Source: Perkinsus olseni
Taxonomy: Eukaryota
Reading direction: 5' to 3'
DNA length: 52,246 nucleotides
NCBI GenBank assembly: GCA_013115125.1
Contig: JABANN010000217.1
Coordinates: 1 to 52,246, forward strand
The notes under the pieces were generated by a model. It did no database searches, was not told where the DNA came from, and worked only from the letters and a program-made list of their open reading frames with translations. Made by a program: the position numbers and the translations under genes. This document shows, piece by piece, positions 24,492 through 36,400 of this stretch; position 1 is the stretch's first letter, and every line of letters begins with the position of its first letter.

Positions 24492-27400
24492 TCAATCATC
24501 CGTCAGAAGCAAAGCCGCCCCCGCGAGAACCCAGCGAGCCTCAGTATCGTCGGCATCCATTCGAAGATTGGCCTATCGTCAATTGATGATTAGCTACCTA
24601 TCGAGTCGGAGAGACTCACCTGGAACACGTATGTCGGCCCACGCATGCTGGTGATGAATACAGGGCAGTGATACATGCCCTCCCACGACATCTCATCGAC
24701 ATGGACGGCATACACGTTCAGCACCGGCATAACCGGGTGGAGCTCCTTCAACCTCGAGTCCGTAACATACCTGATCCGAGTCACCAATTTTTTGCAGCTT
24801 TGTAGTGGAAGCGCTGTAACGCAGCGGAACCCAGAGCAAGAATGGTCGAGCAGAGCTACCCTTCTTCTTCTCCCTTGCCGAGCTCCCATCCTGCACCTTC
24901 TAAGAAGAACCCATGACAATACCTGCAGGAGTAATACCATGGCGCTATGGATGGCGATCTTAATCAACTTACACTCCCTGTGCAGGCACGTTGCTCGATC
25001 CAAAATCACCCTCTGGATTGGTGAAGTTGGTAAAGAGACAGCGGTTGGTCATGTAGTCCAGCGGAAGGGAGTGTTCTCGAGCTGTTACCTGGGGGAAGCC
25101 GAAACTAGTCAGGGCCGGCCTCGTCATTCATCTCGGAAGCTTCGAGGAATCAATTACATACTTGCATCACAGCCGTGAGGAAACTCATCGGATTGAATAG
25201 GCCAGATATCCACAATGACTTCAATAACGACAACTTGGTAGTCCACTCGTTCAGCTGAGCGACGCGCTGCAGCAAATCCGCGTACCAGCCTGAAACCCGC
25301 ATGCTTCTATCAACGAACTACGATAGCACCCAACCTGCTAAGTTCTTGAGGCTCCAATAAGCCCGTTTCTCCCAAGCCGGATTGACTTTGTTAAGAGAAA
25401 GATTATTCGCCAAAGTCTCCATCGCATCGGTCACATTGAGCGCGCCGCTGAGACCCATCTCCAGCTCGGTTAACGAGCGTCGGATTTCGCTCAGAAGAAC
25501 GTTCATTCGCTCGCTCTCCTGCAAGCTGACGATGATATAGGGAGTCCACTCAGTGATGTTCGCTCTGATCTCGATCATGTCTAGGTTCTCGGGCAATGAC
25601 TCGAGGTACGTGGTGATAATCTCGCCCACTCCAGCCATCATATCACCCGAGGAGCCACCACCACTGCCACCCTGCAGCTCCAGGATCGTCTGGAAGGTCG
25701 CAGCACCCTGGGTTGTGAGATACCCGATCTCAGCGTTCGGATGGAGACCGAACATTTGGGGCGCTTCGGGAGGCATCCTTTCATCGATGTATTTTGTGTA
25801 GGCCAGGTAGTCTAACTTATTGGAATCAGGGGACTTGAAGCCGGGGGCAAGATTCATATTCTGCAGCAGCTCTGGAACGATGAGGGTGGCCAAATAAGTG
25901 TTATTGGTTCGCCTATCCCACTGGTCGGTGATGTGACCACCATACATGATCTCGCCGAAGATGTAACGGAGATCGGGCCAAGGAACTTGCTCGTATCTAC
26001 AACAACAGAGCGAAAAAATGAGCATGCTCCCAGAAAACGAGACAGACGAGGCCAACCGCGCCTCAGGCAAAGATCGAGAATGATGTAACGATCGTGAGTT
26101 GCGCGAAACGCGGGTGGAAAGCGAATATAGGCAGGCCCTCCGTCTTCAAGTCTCCACAGGACGTTCCGGCTTGTCTATATTCGTCGATCGATATACTTCG
26201 GATGACTCACTTCTCGAGGTAATTGTTGAGAACACTTCCACAGATCGTCAAGTCACCGTCGTTGAAAGGGTAAGCTCTGCTCCATCCCTGGGGTCCGAAT
26301 CGTTTACGACCGACGACCAAGGCGTGGAAGAAGCACAGAGCGAAGAGACAGCTCTTGAATTCTCGCGGCTTCGAGCTGTTATCGAGCTGCTCTTGATTGA
26401 ATTTAGACCACGCACGACGAATGTTGGACCTGAAGCAGTCAGCAACCAATATACCGGATTTTTCATAATCTCTCAGAACCAGAATGCGAGTGGTTGTCTC
26501 AGGCCCTATCGTGATTCTTGTAAAGATGGCACACGCATGGTAACCGAGACCGAGTGCGACACTTGCGGAATCACAGAATATAAATATATCGCTACCACAT
26601 ATAGCCGCAATCCCGTCACACTCAGGCGATCAAAGCACGAAGCCGTTCGCGACTGGCATGATCCACATTGAATAGAGGGAATCCCGACGGAGACGACTGA
26701 CGTACTTGAGATCCTGTGGAGCCTCGTCAGCAATCTTGATGCACTTCTGCAACACACTCTCCGGCACGAGGTCCATCAGAGGGAACATAGCCGGTGGCGG
26801 CTCCGACGTGATGATGCAACGGAAATCTTGATGGGCGAACTCTTCTACCACTTCAAGAGCTCGTTCGAATGACTTCAACCACCCTTGCATCAAGTGGACC
26901 TGGTCGGGATGGGTGTGTGGCACGAGCCCACAATCAAGTGACACTATCACACAGAAGAGAGAGACCACCGTAGCTAACAGCAATAGACCTCAAGTTATTT
27001 TCGGAACAATTCGTGCAAATCTCCTAGGGAGGACACTCCGCTCCGGTTGATTACATTTTGCAGCATAACCCATCCACCTCCTTCGGCACAGGAATTCAGA
27101 GCGTTCACCGCGATCTGTTCCTGGCCTTGCCCCATGGAGATGTTAACGAACATTCCGTTAGCTTCAGTGATTCCGATCCTCTTCGCCGCCTGCTCGACGG
27201 TAGGGGTTGGATCAACACCCGGGAATAGAACCTGAACGAATCACAATCCGCTTGGACGCTTCAATCGGGATCAGCAGCTCGGATCTAGACGAGTTAGGAA
27301 GCGTACGAAGAATAGCGGGGTGAGGTTGCTGCTTTCCGCTAGAGTGGCTTCCATATCGAAGGGGGCTTGCTCAACGAACTCCGAGCCCAGATTGTCGTTC

Positions 27401-30400
27401 ACGAACTGAGTCAGAGCAGCCGAGAGCCTGTCTGGTCGTAGCACTCTCAGCAATATCTGAGGAAAAACGTCACGCGCCAGGAAATTATACATTACCACCG
27501 TGTACCAGGCGATGGAATGGCGAGAGGTCTCTGAAGGACCGGGGCAAATCGGCTATCTCCGCTGCAGCCTCAGCATACCTAACAAAAACTCCAGTCTTCA
27601 AATCTTATGAAGACGCTGAATTGCCACTCTCGTAGCTTTCAGGTCGAAAATCATCGCCGCGAAGTGCCGAGCGGACCACAGAGAGCTAGCCTGTAGAATC
27701 AATAGGATCTGTCAGCTCTCACCATCTCTTCCATCCCAGGGAGTCCTGTTCGATGTTCTGTGTCAAGGCCCCTGAACTAGAGCTCTTAAAGGCAGGTATA
27801 GTCTCAACCGTCTTCAGCTGCTGCCATATAACTGAACAGGGCGGGTTGTAAAAAGTCTGTAATCCAATGTGAACTCCACCGACATTCAGTTAACCAGCTC
27901 TTCATCTGGCTCGGCATCGGAGGCGCCGCGGGATCCGGAGGCGCTCGGATTAGTATCTTCAAGTAAGACCTCGCCGAATTTCGTGGCGCGCGACATGTCT
28001 TCTTACATCAACCTCGCTCTGAGTGATGACTTGATTCCTTACTAGTATACGGAGGCACAGCAGACTGGCCACGATGAGCTTGTGCTTATCGAAGAGGCCT
28101 CGCCGTGTGTAGTTAAAGGTGAAAATTGTAATCACTTGCATCAACAGCTCAACCCGATGAAGCAAATCCTTCCCGGTGAGCTCGATGACCTACACAAAAA
28201 CCGGCAAATCGATCAGCCAATCGATTTCGGCTTCTCTCACCTCTTCCTCTTCTTCCGCCACTTCCTCCTCTGCCGCCACGGCATCTGGCTCATCATCGTC
28301 ATCGTCATCGTCATCATCCATTCCTGCCGTCGCAAAGACTGAGCAACGCATAGGGAATCCACGCCGTACCGTCCTCAGCAGCCCCAGCAGGTTCGCCATC
28401 TTCCTTCGCGTCTTCGACCTCCGCCTTAAGACTTGCCGGATCGACCTTCGGTTTCCTCAGAGATACCGAATCGACGGCTCTCGTCACAACTTGGACGAAC
28501 GCGTCCAGTGAATACCTGAAAGATCGACTCTCTGTCGGCTATATCACATCATAATGGTTTTATTGCCATCAAGTGCGCGAATATCCTCCTATCATCATCA
28601 CGAGAATGAACTCACTTGTAGAAGCCATGGACTTTACAGAGGTCCATAAGCAGGAAGAAGAGCAACGCTCCCCGGTTGGCTGATGGGCGGTAGTTCTCCG
28701 AGGTCTCATTAATACGGGCTTCAGTGTCCTGCGCCACAACAACCTTCTCCTTCACTTCATCTGATGTCTTCTTGGCTTCCTCCAATGACAATATCAAATC
28801 CACATCGTCGAGGATATCGCCTAACCAAAGATACCATTCTCGCAGTCTGGTATTAGAATCCTCTCTCCGTTCATCCTCAAAAAAAGAAGCAGAGTATAAA
28901 TTCCCGAGGGATTCAGCACTTTGGTTGGACGCTAGAATATAACTGTCATATATTCCACAATCGATCAACCGTTTCAAAAATGAAGAACATCACACACCTT
29001 CAGAATTCGCTAGTTTTTCCAGCAGCAAAGCCTCCAATTCCGCCAGCTTCACTTTGAACTCATTCTGCTGTACTATTAGGTCCGCCTGAGATCGATGAGA
29101 GTTCGGGCATTTTCGTGGCGCGATGAAGTTTTACTTTCTGCTTGGCAAGGTCTGGTCGTTCCAGTCTCACAACCAGGAAGAGGAGCTGGTCTTCGAGACC
29201 TTGCTCGGTGACAGTGAAGTTAATTATCGTACCTTCATCGACAAAAGCTCCCGCCACGGACGCGGGTTCGATCCCCGCATGCGTCATATTATTGATTCAA
29301 TTCGACGAAAAGGCGACGACCGCATACTCACACTCAGCCTGGATCTCAGGGGGGTAGTGAGGGTTAGACAGCTTCGTCTGCATGAACAGGCGGAAGTTGG
29401 GATTGTAGTTGATCTCCTTATCGCCCAGTTTGATAAGTCGATTCTTTCCCCTGCGAATCGTGTTACGGCCAATGACTGGAGCCAGCACTGCATCAATCGA
29501 CTCTCCCATATTCTCAATCAACACCTGAGAACAAGCCATTCACAAGCAGAGACGCTGATACCTCGTCTGCAAACTGGAAGACTAGTAGAGAAGACCCAGT
29601 CTCGCATTACACCACGGAAGCCTCCAAGATAAGGGAAAAGGGCGGTACGTAATTCTCCCTATATCTAGCTGCTTAACCGCAGCCCGTACCAAAAGTCTTC
29701 CATACCACGACAAAAAAACAGTCACTACAACTCACCGTTTTGCCCTGGTCCAGAGAGGCTTCGAACGTAGCAACCATCTTAGGCCTGCCCATCCGCGTGA
29801 TTTGCAAGTTGTTGCTCGCCTCCTTATTTTTGATCCAGGCAATGCCTTGCAGCTGGGGATCGATAATCAAGCACCATCGCTCCGAGTTCGTCATGATAGC
29901 TCCGTTCTCGCAGGATACCCTATCGGACGGCAAACCCTGTGTCGCCCAGCCAGCCATGTCCGCCTCGGAAGCCAGGATAGAAAGAGGGTCGCATTTGCCG
30001 CTCAATGGGACGTTGTTTTTATTCAGGAACTCCACGAAGGTATTGATGCAGTCCTCTCTGTACTGGCGAGTGAACACCCCCACGTAGCTGACGAAACTAC
30101 AGGCGACCAGCACATCGCCCGGCATAACTTCCAAATCCACGGCAATCTGGCTGACCGTTTGCTCCCAAATGACGCCATTGGCGCCTAGGGCCCCAATCAG
30201 CCTCTGTGCCATCTCCAATTTATTTTGGCACTTCTGTGCTTCGGCCATCACCGCGTCCTTCTCCGCAATGGCCGCATCGAATTCGGCAACTAGTTTGGCC
30301 AACTTCGCCTGCAGCTCGGCTACTTGCGCTTGGACGATTGCAAGACGCTCGTTGGCCCCAGCAAGCATCTCATTGGCCTCTCGCAGTGATTGCTTCTTCG

Positions 30401-33400
30401 GTTCGACTGTTATGACCACGTCATAGTACCTATAGAGGACAACCGCTCGATCGGAGAATCGGAAATGGCTTTGGTATTTCGATAATGGAGATGAACCCGA
30501 TGCATGGCAGGTGCGTTCGAATTCAATAAGATAAAACTACAATAGTTGGACGTCTTGCGGGCCGTTGGACTGCTGTGATTGCGTAGTCACACAATTCACC
30601 TGTCCCCTAAGGCTAGCAGCATCTACGCTTCCGACCGTATTTTTAAAAAACCGGCGTCTATCAGTATCACTCATACGTGGTTTGGGTGGAAACAATTACC
30701 AAGGCTATCAAGGAATGGGTGAGATTTCGGGAGCTACCATCAAGAAGATTACTGGGCCGGCGTCTGTGAGGGTGTACGACGCCCGACGCAGTGCATATCC
30801 GATACTAATGCCGGTCATTCGGTTCACCCGGAAAATCTCACAGCGTCCTTCGAACCTAGAATGCCCATCCCCAGCCCATCTTACATAATAATGTTGATGA
30901 CCCATTCACAGAGACCGGCAGCTGCAGCAGATTTTTTCTTCATACTCTCAACAGTGAAGTCCTCCGCCTCCGTCAGCGGCCTCGCGCATGATATGTTCTG
31001 GCCCGGCACGTTGCCATCGTCAATCTCTCCCTTGAAGGCCTTCAAGCTCTCCAGGAATTTCTCAGGATTTCCCATCATTTTCGTGGCCCCCTTCCAAGAA
31101 GTATCTTTAACCTTGCCTTTCTTGTCAACCTCAATGCTAGGATCAATGCCGGCCATTAGATGCATGCAAGCCTCGCAAACTTTATCGACCCCAGCCGGCG
31201 GTTTCGCGAACGACTTCAACTCCTGGAAGTCCTTCTTATTCAAGACATCGAGAGCCGCCTAAAAACAAATTCTTGCATTCTTGCACATCCTCGCATTTCC
31301 TCAATTATTACCTCAGCCTTCTCCACCAGAGGGATAGCCTTGGCCAGGTCCTCTTCGCAGCTCTTCTGTTGGATCTTCACGTTTTTAGCGATCTCTTCGC
31401 ATGCGGCGGACTCTGCGTTGGCCTTCTCTGCTTCTGCATTGACTTTAGTCTTCTCTCGCCCAACTTCCTCTGCAAAAGCATCTGCTTCCTTCGCCTTCTG
31501 CTCGACTACAACCGCCTTCTCCTTCAAAACCTCCTCGAGACCTGCACAGAGGAGCCGGGTTCAATCCCTGGTGAGCGCATTTCTCCACGAGTGTCCGGAT
31601 AAGATTTGCTTTGACCTGCGACTTGTTCTGCCGTTTCCTTCAACTTGTCGAGTCCGTTAGACAATCTGTACTGCTTGTCCTCCAACGCCAATAGCTTCTT
31701 GCCAAGCATGGACGTATAGAGCTTGATCAACTCCAGGAAGGACTTAGGCGTAGTATACGCGAATCTCCGCTCCACCTCGATGAACTTTTCACTCTGATGG
31801 CCGACGGCTTCAAATGAGAACGGAAGGAAGTCGACCACGCCCGCCCGAAGTGCACCGTCAGCCGGCCCGAGTTGTTCAACCTGAGGATATCCGGTATCAT
31901 GGCTGATCGCGAACGCGAGAAAACTGTGTCACTTTTTTCCAGAAAATTCTTCAAGGTAGCAAATGCCATGAAATTTTCTGAATTTTTCCTCCAATATATG
32001 GCAAGGACCTTGTCCGCGAAAAAATTTTCGGTGATTCCAGTCGTTTTCCGGTAAGATCGCCGATTCCTATGCTCACCTCAGCAAGGAATTTCTCGCCGAC
32101 GGAGCGAAGCGCATCCTTAGGCCAGGGCTGGAACCAGTCAATGACGGTACAGTTGACCAGAGCCGGGAATTTCCTGGCGCGCGACCTCATAGCGTCTCCA
32201 ACGGGAGAGAAGCAGATGCTCATATGCAAATTCTTCCGGATGCGCGAGAGGAAGAAGGACCAAAGATTCTCCGGCGTATCCGGAATTCCTGCGCCTTTGC
32301 ACGCACTCCGGACACCGTTACGGATCACGTCCTTGTCCTCAGACGCGTACCTACCAAGCGGAAAGATATTCTTCGTGGTGCGCACAAAGATACGCTTACA
32401 GATCGGCAATGTCGCCACTAGCGAGAAGATCGTTGATGAAAACCAGAAATTTCTCGTTCGTGATTTGACCGTCGGTGAAAAGGAACATCACTCCCTCGTC
32501 TTTGATGCCCGCCTTTGTATACATGGCTTGCAAGTCCGTCCGCAGATCGTTCATACTATATTTTCCTGACAACGTTGAGGAAATGCAAGAGTGCAAGATA
32601 TCCTAGCAATCTGAAGCCCTACCTGATATAACGATCATAACTGTCGTGCATTGGCCGATGAATGCACTGAGTCTGCTCAGACTCTGACGACCGCTACCAC
32701 CCACGCCCACCAGCAGCGCATGGCCGCTCGGAGCGGAAATGATTCTCGTTATCTTCCCCACGTGCTTCATGGCTTCCTCGAAGAGGACCAAGTCCATGGC
32801 AGCATTACTCTCATTGTAGTCTCTCAACGCCTCAGTGAGCAGTTCTGATAAACGGTCCACGCCCGGAATTCTATCATAGCAAGCCTCGTCAAAGCCTTTG
32901 CTGAAGGGCGCGAAGACCAGCGGCTCGGGATTCTTTTCTTGGAAGTATCTGACGCAGGGTGTCAGCTAAAAGAAAAGTAGTTGAGATAGCGCTAGGTGCA
33001 TTCCCCTGATCCCATCTCCCTCCGATAAGAAGCTACGCCAAAGTGGCGGATGACAAGAAAACAGCAGATGGAAGATTGGATTCCAGACGGCCGAACCCGA
33101 GCGTTGTGTCCTCAATGAATCGGTTTCCGACAATAGTCATCGACTAGTTCTTATAAATGTAGGGGTGATCGTCAACAATCCGCTGCTCACTTGGCAAGGT
33201 TGAATTTCCCAAACATTTTCTTGGACAACTCCGCAGCAAGCCCACGATATTTCCGCAGGTCCCCAGCAGACACTAGACGATCGCCATAGATCCTCTCGCT
33301 CTCGTGCAGCCAGAGCAACACCAGCTTCTCTGGGTCGGTAAACTCGGCCGGCTTAGCCTGCAGGAGGCCACCAAAGACTCCAGCGAGATGCCTGATGTTG

Positions 33401-36400
33401 AATTCGTAGTGGAAGTTGGCCGCAGTCTTCCTGAACGCGGCCGTGCAGCTCCCGTGAAGGGACAGGGCAGCCTTGATAACCGAAGAGATTATTTCATTCA
33501 CTGCTGGTTTGAATTTAAGCCGTTCAAAATGGCCCTTCATGTAGGTTGAATAAATGGTCTGCAGAGCACTCTGTTCAGGGAACGGCACAGCGCAGGTCCA
33601 GAAGTGGCGCTGCAGTCTCGGATTGACCGTGAAGGAACCAGCAGTCGGGTTCATGCAGGCCAAGTATTGAGTATTCCCTATGTCCTTCAACGTCATCTTC
33701 GACCTGTCATAAATGTGCTTGTAGTCCTGACATTGCCGCAGCAAGGCAATGGCGCTCTGGGTGTTGTACGGGTCCAACGCGGGCATGTTGAGGTCATCTA
33801 TAAAGTAGATCATGTGCAACTTGCCAGGCGGAGCGAAGAGCCTTCCCGCCTTCTTTTCGAGCGGAATCTCCATCATCGTTTGTAAGAGCATGCTGTCCGT
33901 GTAGTAGTTCATGTTCATCATGTGGGAACAGAAAACGTCGGGTTCGAGGCTCCGCAAAAGACCGTTGCACATGGCCGTTTTCCCGCACCCAGCGAGGCCG
34001 ATGAGCATAACGGGTTGATGAACCTTCATAAGGGCCTTCATGAAGTAGCTAGTAGCCACAGTCTCCGAGGTCGGCACAGTAACCTGAGAAAAAGCAAGAT
34101 TGAGCAAGAGTTCAAGTTGAGCACGATTCGCAATCGCCATGCCCACATTTTTCACCTTCTAAGATATCAATCTCACCTGGTTCATTGGGACCTCCGAGGA
34201 ATACTCCAAAGCGTCCACTATAATGGACCACTCCTCCATCCGAGCGTCCTGTACGAAGTAGTCAAATACCGTGCCCTTGCTGGGGAACTTGATAGTCTTC
34301 ATCTCCTGTTTCCACCAAGTACTGAACTGCTTGCGATAGTCGATACCATCGACCTCAGCCAAACAGCCGCCCACAGCCCAGACCATGCAGAAACAGAACC
34401 AATACTCAAGAGCGTCGAGCTCGATTTGGGGAGCATCCCTAGAGTCAGTCGAGCCACCTCCCATCAGGGACTCCATCAGGAGACAGAGGGATTGTATCAT
34501 AGAGATGTCTACGAGAGGTACCTGAGATAAGACGAAGTCTCCATTGAACCCAAAAATTTCTTGATGGATGGACGACTTCACCAACGGTGAAGTCGCCTTT
34601 CGTCCATGAGTGTGGTGAATCACCATGGACGCAGCCAGCATAAATTTCTAGTGAGCTACATAGCTATCAGGTAATTTCGTGGCGCAGTGACGGTGATCTC
34701 CCCGCCATAGTTACCTGTATCTTGCAGTGCTTCAACATGTACATAAGCGTATCAGGGCAGTATTTATCAAACAGCTTCTCCATCTGTTCCTTCACCGAAT
34801 CAACAACCTGTAGCTTCTTGATCCACGAGCTTTTGTAACTCCTCCACTGCACTCCCGCGTAGTCAACCATGAAAACCACCCCCGCTCTGGTGACGGTAGC
34901 CGGGGTAGCATAGGCCAGATCCCTGATCTCGAATATCATTTTCATGTGCGCCTTCAGCGGTATACGCTCATTCGAGGGCAACGTCAGCAACCTGTTGTCG
35001 TCCATGACACTATTCATGGATTCAATCCAGTTCGCATCGAGATCGCCGTCCAGGATGATCCATTTAGGATGAGTGTCCTGGATTTGGCCCAGGTATCGCA
35101 TGGTCTTCGACAAGATTCCATCCTTCCATTCACGAGTTGCCATGTTAACATAACCATACAACTCGTTGGTTGAGATACTCTTCGGGTTGAGGTCGATCCA
35201 CGTAGTCTTATCTCCGACCTTGTCCTTCGCCTTTGCTAGAATCCTGCAAAAATGTCACAATTCTTAGCGGAGCGAAGCGCTGCATCTTCTCTGAAATTAC
35301 CTCCACACAGTGGACTTAAAGCTGCCAGGGGGGCCCATCAGGAATATACAGTGTCGAATGACCATCAACTCCACCAGCTGCGTGATCTTGAGCAAAAGAT
35401 ACCCATCCGGGTCAGGGGTGAGCCCGCACTCTTCCATAGCTTGCACTATGATCTGTCACAGAAAAAAGGATACGCCTAGCGAGGGGGCGTACCGAAGCCA
35501 TTACATCTTCGAATTTGTAATCTCTGGCGCGTGGCACGTCGATGCCGGGGAAGAGATCCCCGAGAAGGCCCATGAAAATCTTGAGGTCATCACCGTCAAT
35601 CTTTGCTACGTTAGTATCACGCAACGAACGCATGAGTACCTGAGGAAGGTCGTCGGTTCTATCCCCAGGACCTTAAATATTAAAGCCTTTCACAACCATA
35701 GAGAATCGAATCTTACCGCTTGTTCGGATAGATCAGGTTCTGCCCGTTTGAAGCCACCAGCCACGACCAAGACGGACTTGATAGCCCTCATTCCCCAATC
35801 ATACTGAGGGGCCTTGCTGAGCAAATCCTGGCAGAGGAAGTAGAGCGTCGAGAATTTCTTAGCCAAAACTTTCGCCTCCAAGAAGCCCTCAGCCATGAAC
35901 ATATTTTCCATAATAAGCGCGAAGTCTGGTACCATAACAGTGATGGGTCGGAAGAGCGCCTTCAGGCCCTCGGGGAGTTCACTACGGCCAAGATATCCAG
36001 GATTCATAGTGATGAAGGCTCCACAGGACGGGTCAAGGGAGATCTCATCACCTTGCAGTACAAACACCTTCGTCCTCGCCTTAACCGCATCGCAAACTGC
36101 CTTGAACTGGACTGTACACACAGACAGCACCTCCGGGACCAGACGATTGAACTCATCGAAGCAGCCCCAAGTGCCCGAGCTGGCCAGCCCCTTGAAAATC
36201 GCTCCCATGGTTCGATAGTCCATCTCGGGACTAGCGTTAAAGACAAAGCAAGCCTTGGCAACAGCGTTGGCGAGATCCTTGGTCGTCTCAGTCTTGCCCG
36301 TACCAGCAGGCCCAGCGGGAGCGCACCCCATGTTCAAGTGAAGGGCCTGCGTTGCAGTGACGTAAATTCTATCGGTAAGGGGAGTCACCACAAGCCTTGG

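Noticed and set aside
29286-29331. Permuted or split tRNA genes explaining the orphan 3' modules (GACCGCAT after 29286; CGAGAGCTGGTTC after 41033)
   Set aside because: No D-loop GG, no anticodon arm, imperfect acceptor pairing, and the second candidate is dynein coding sequence
32168-32185. Near-perfect copy of the intronic motif (AATTTCCTGGCGCGCGAC)
   Set aside because: Lies in a dynein exon encoding conserved SRARKF, so it can be explained by coding constraint; not counted
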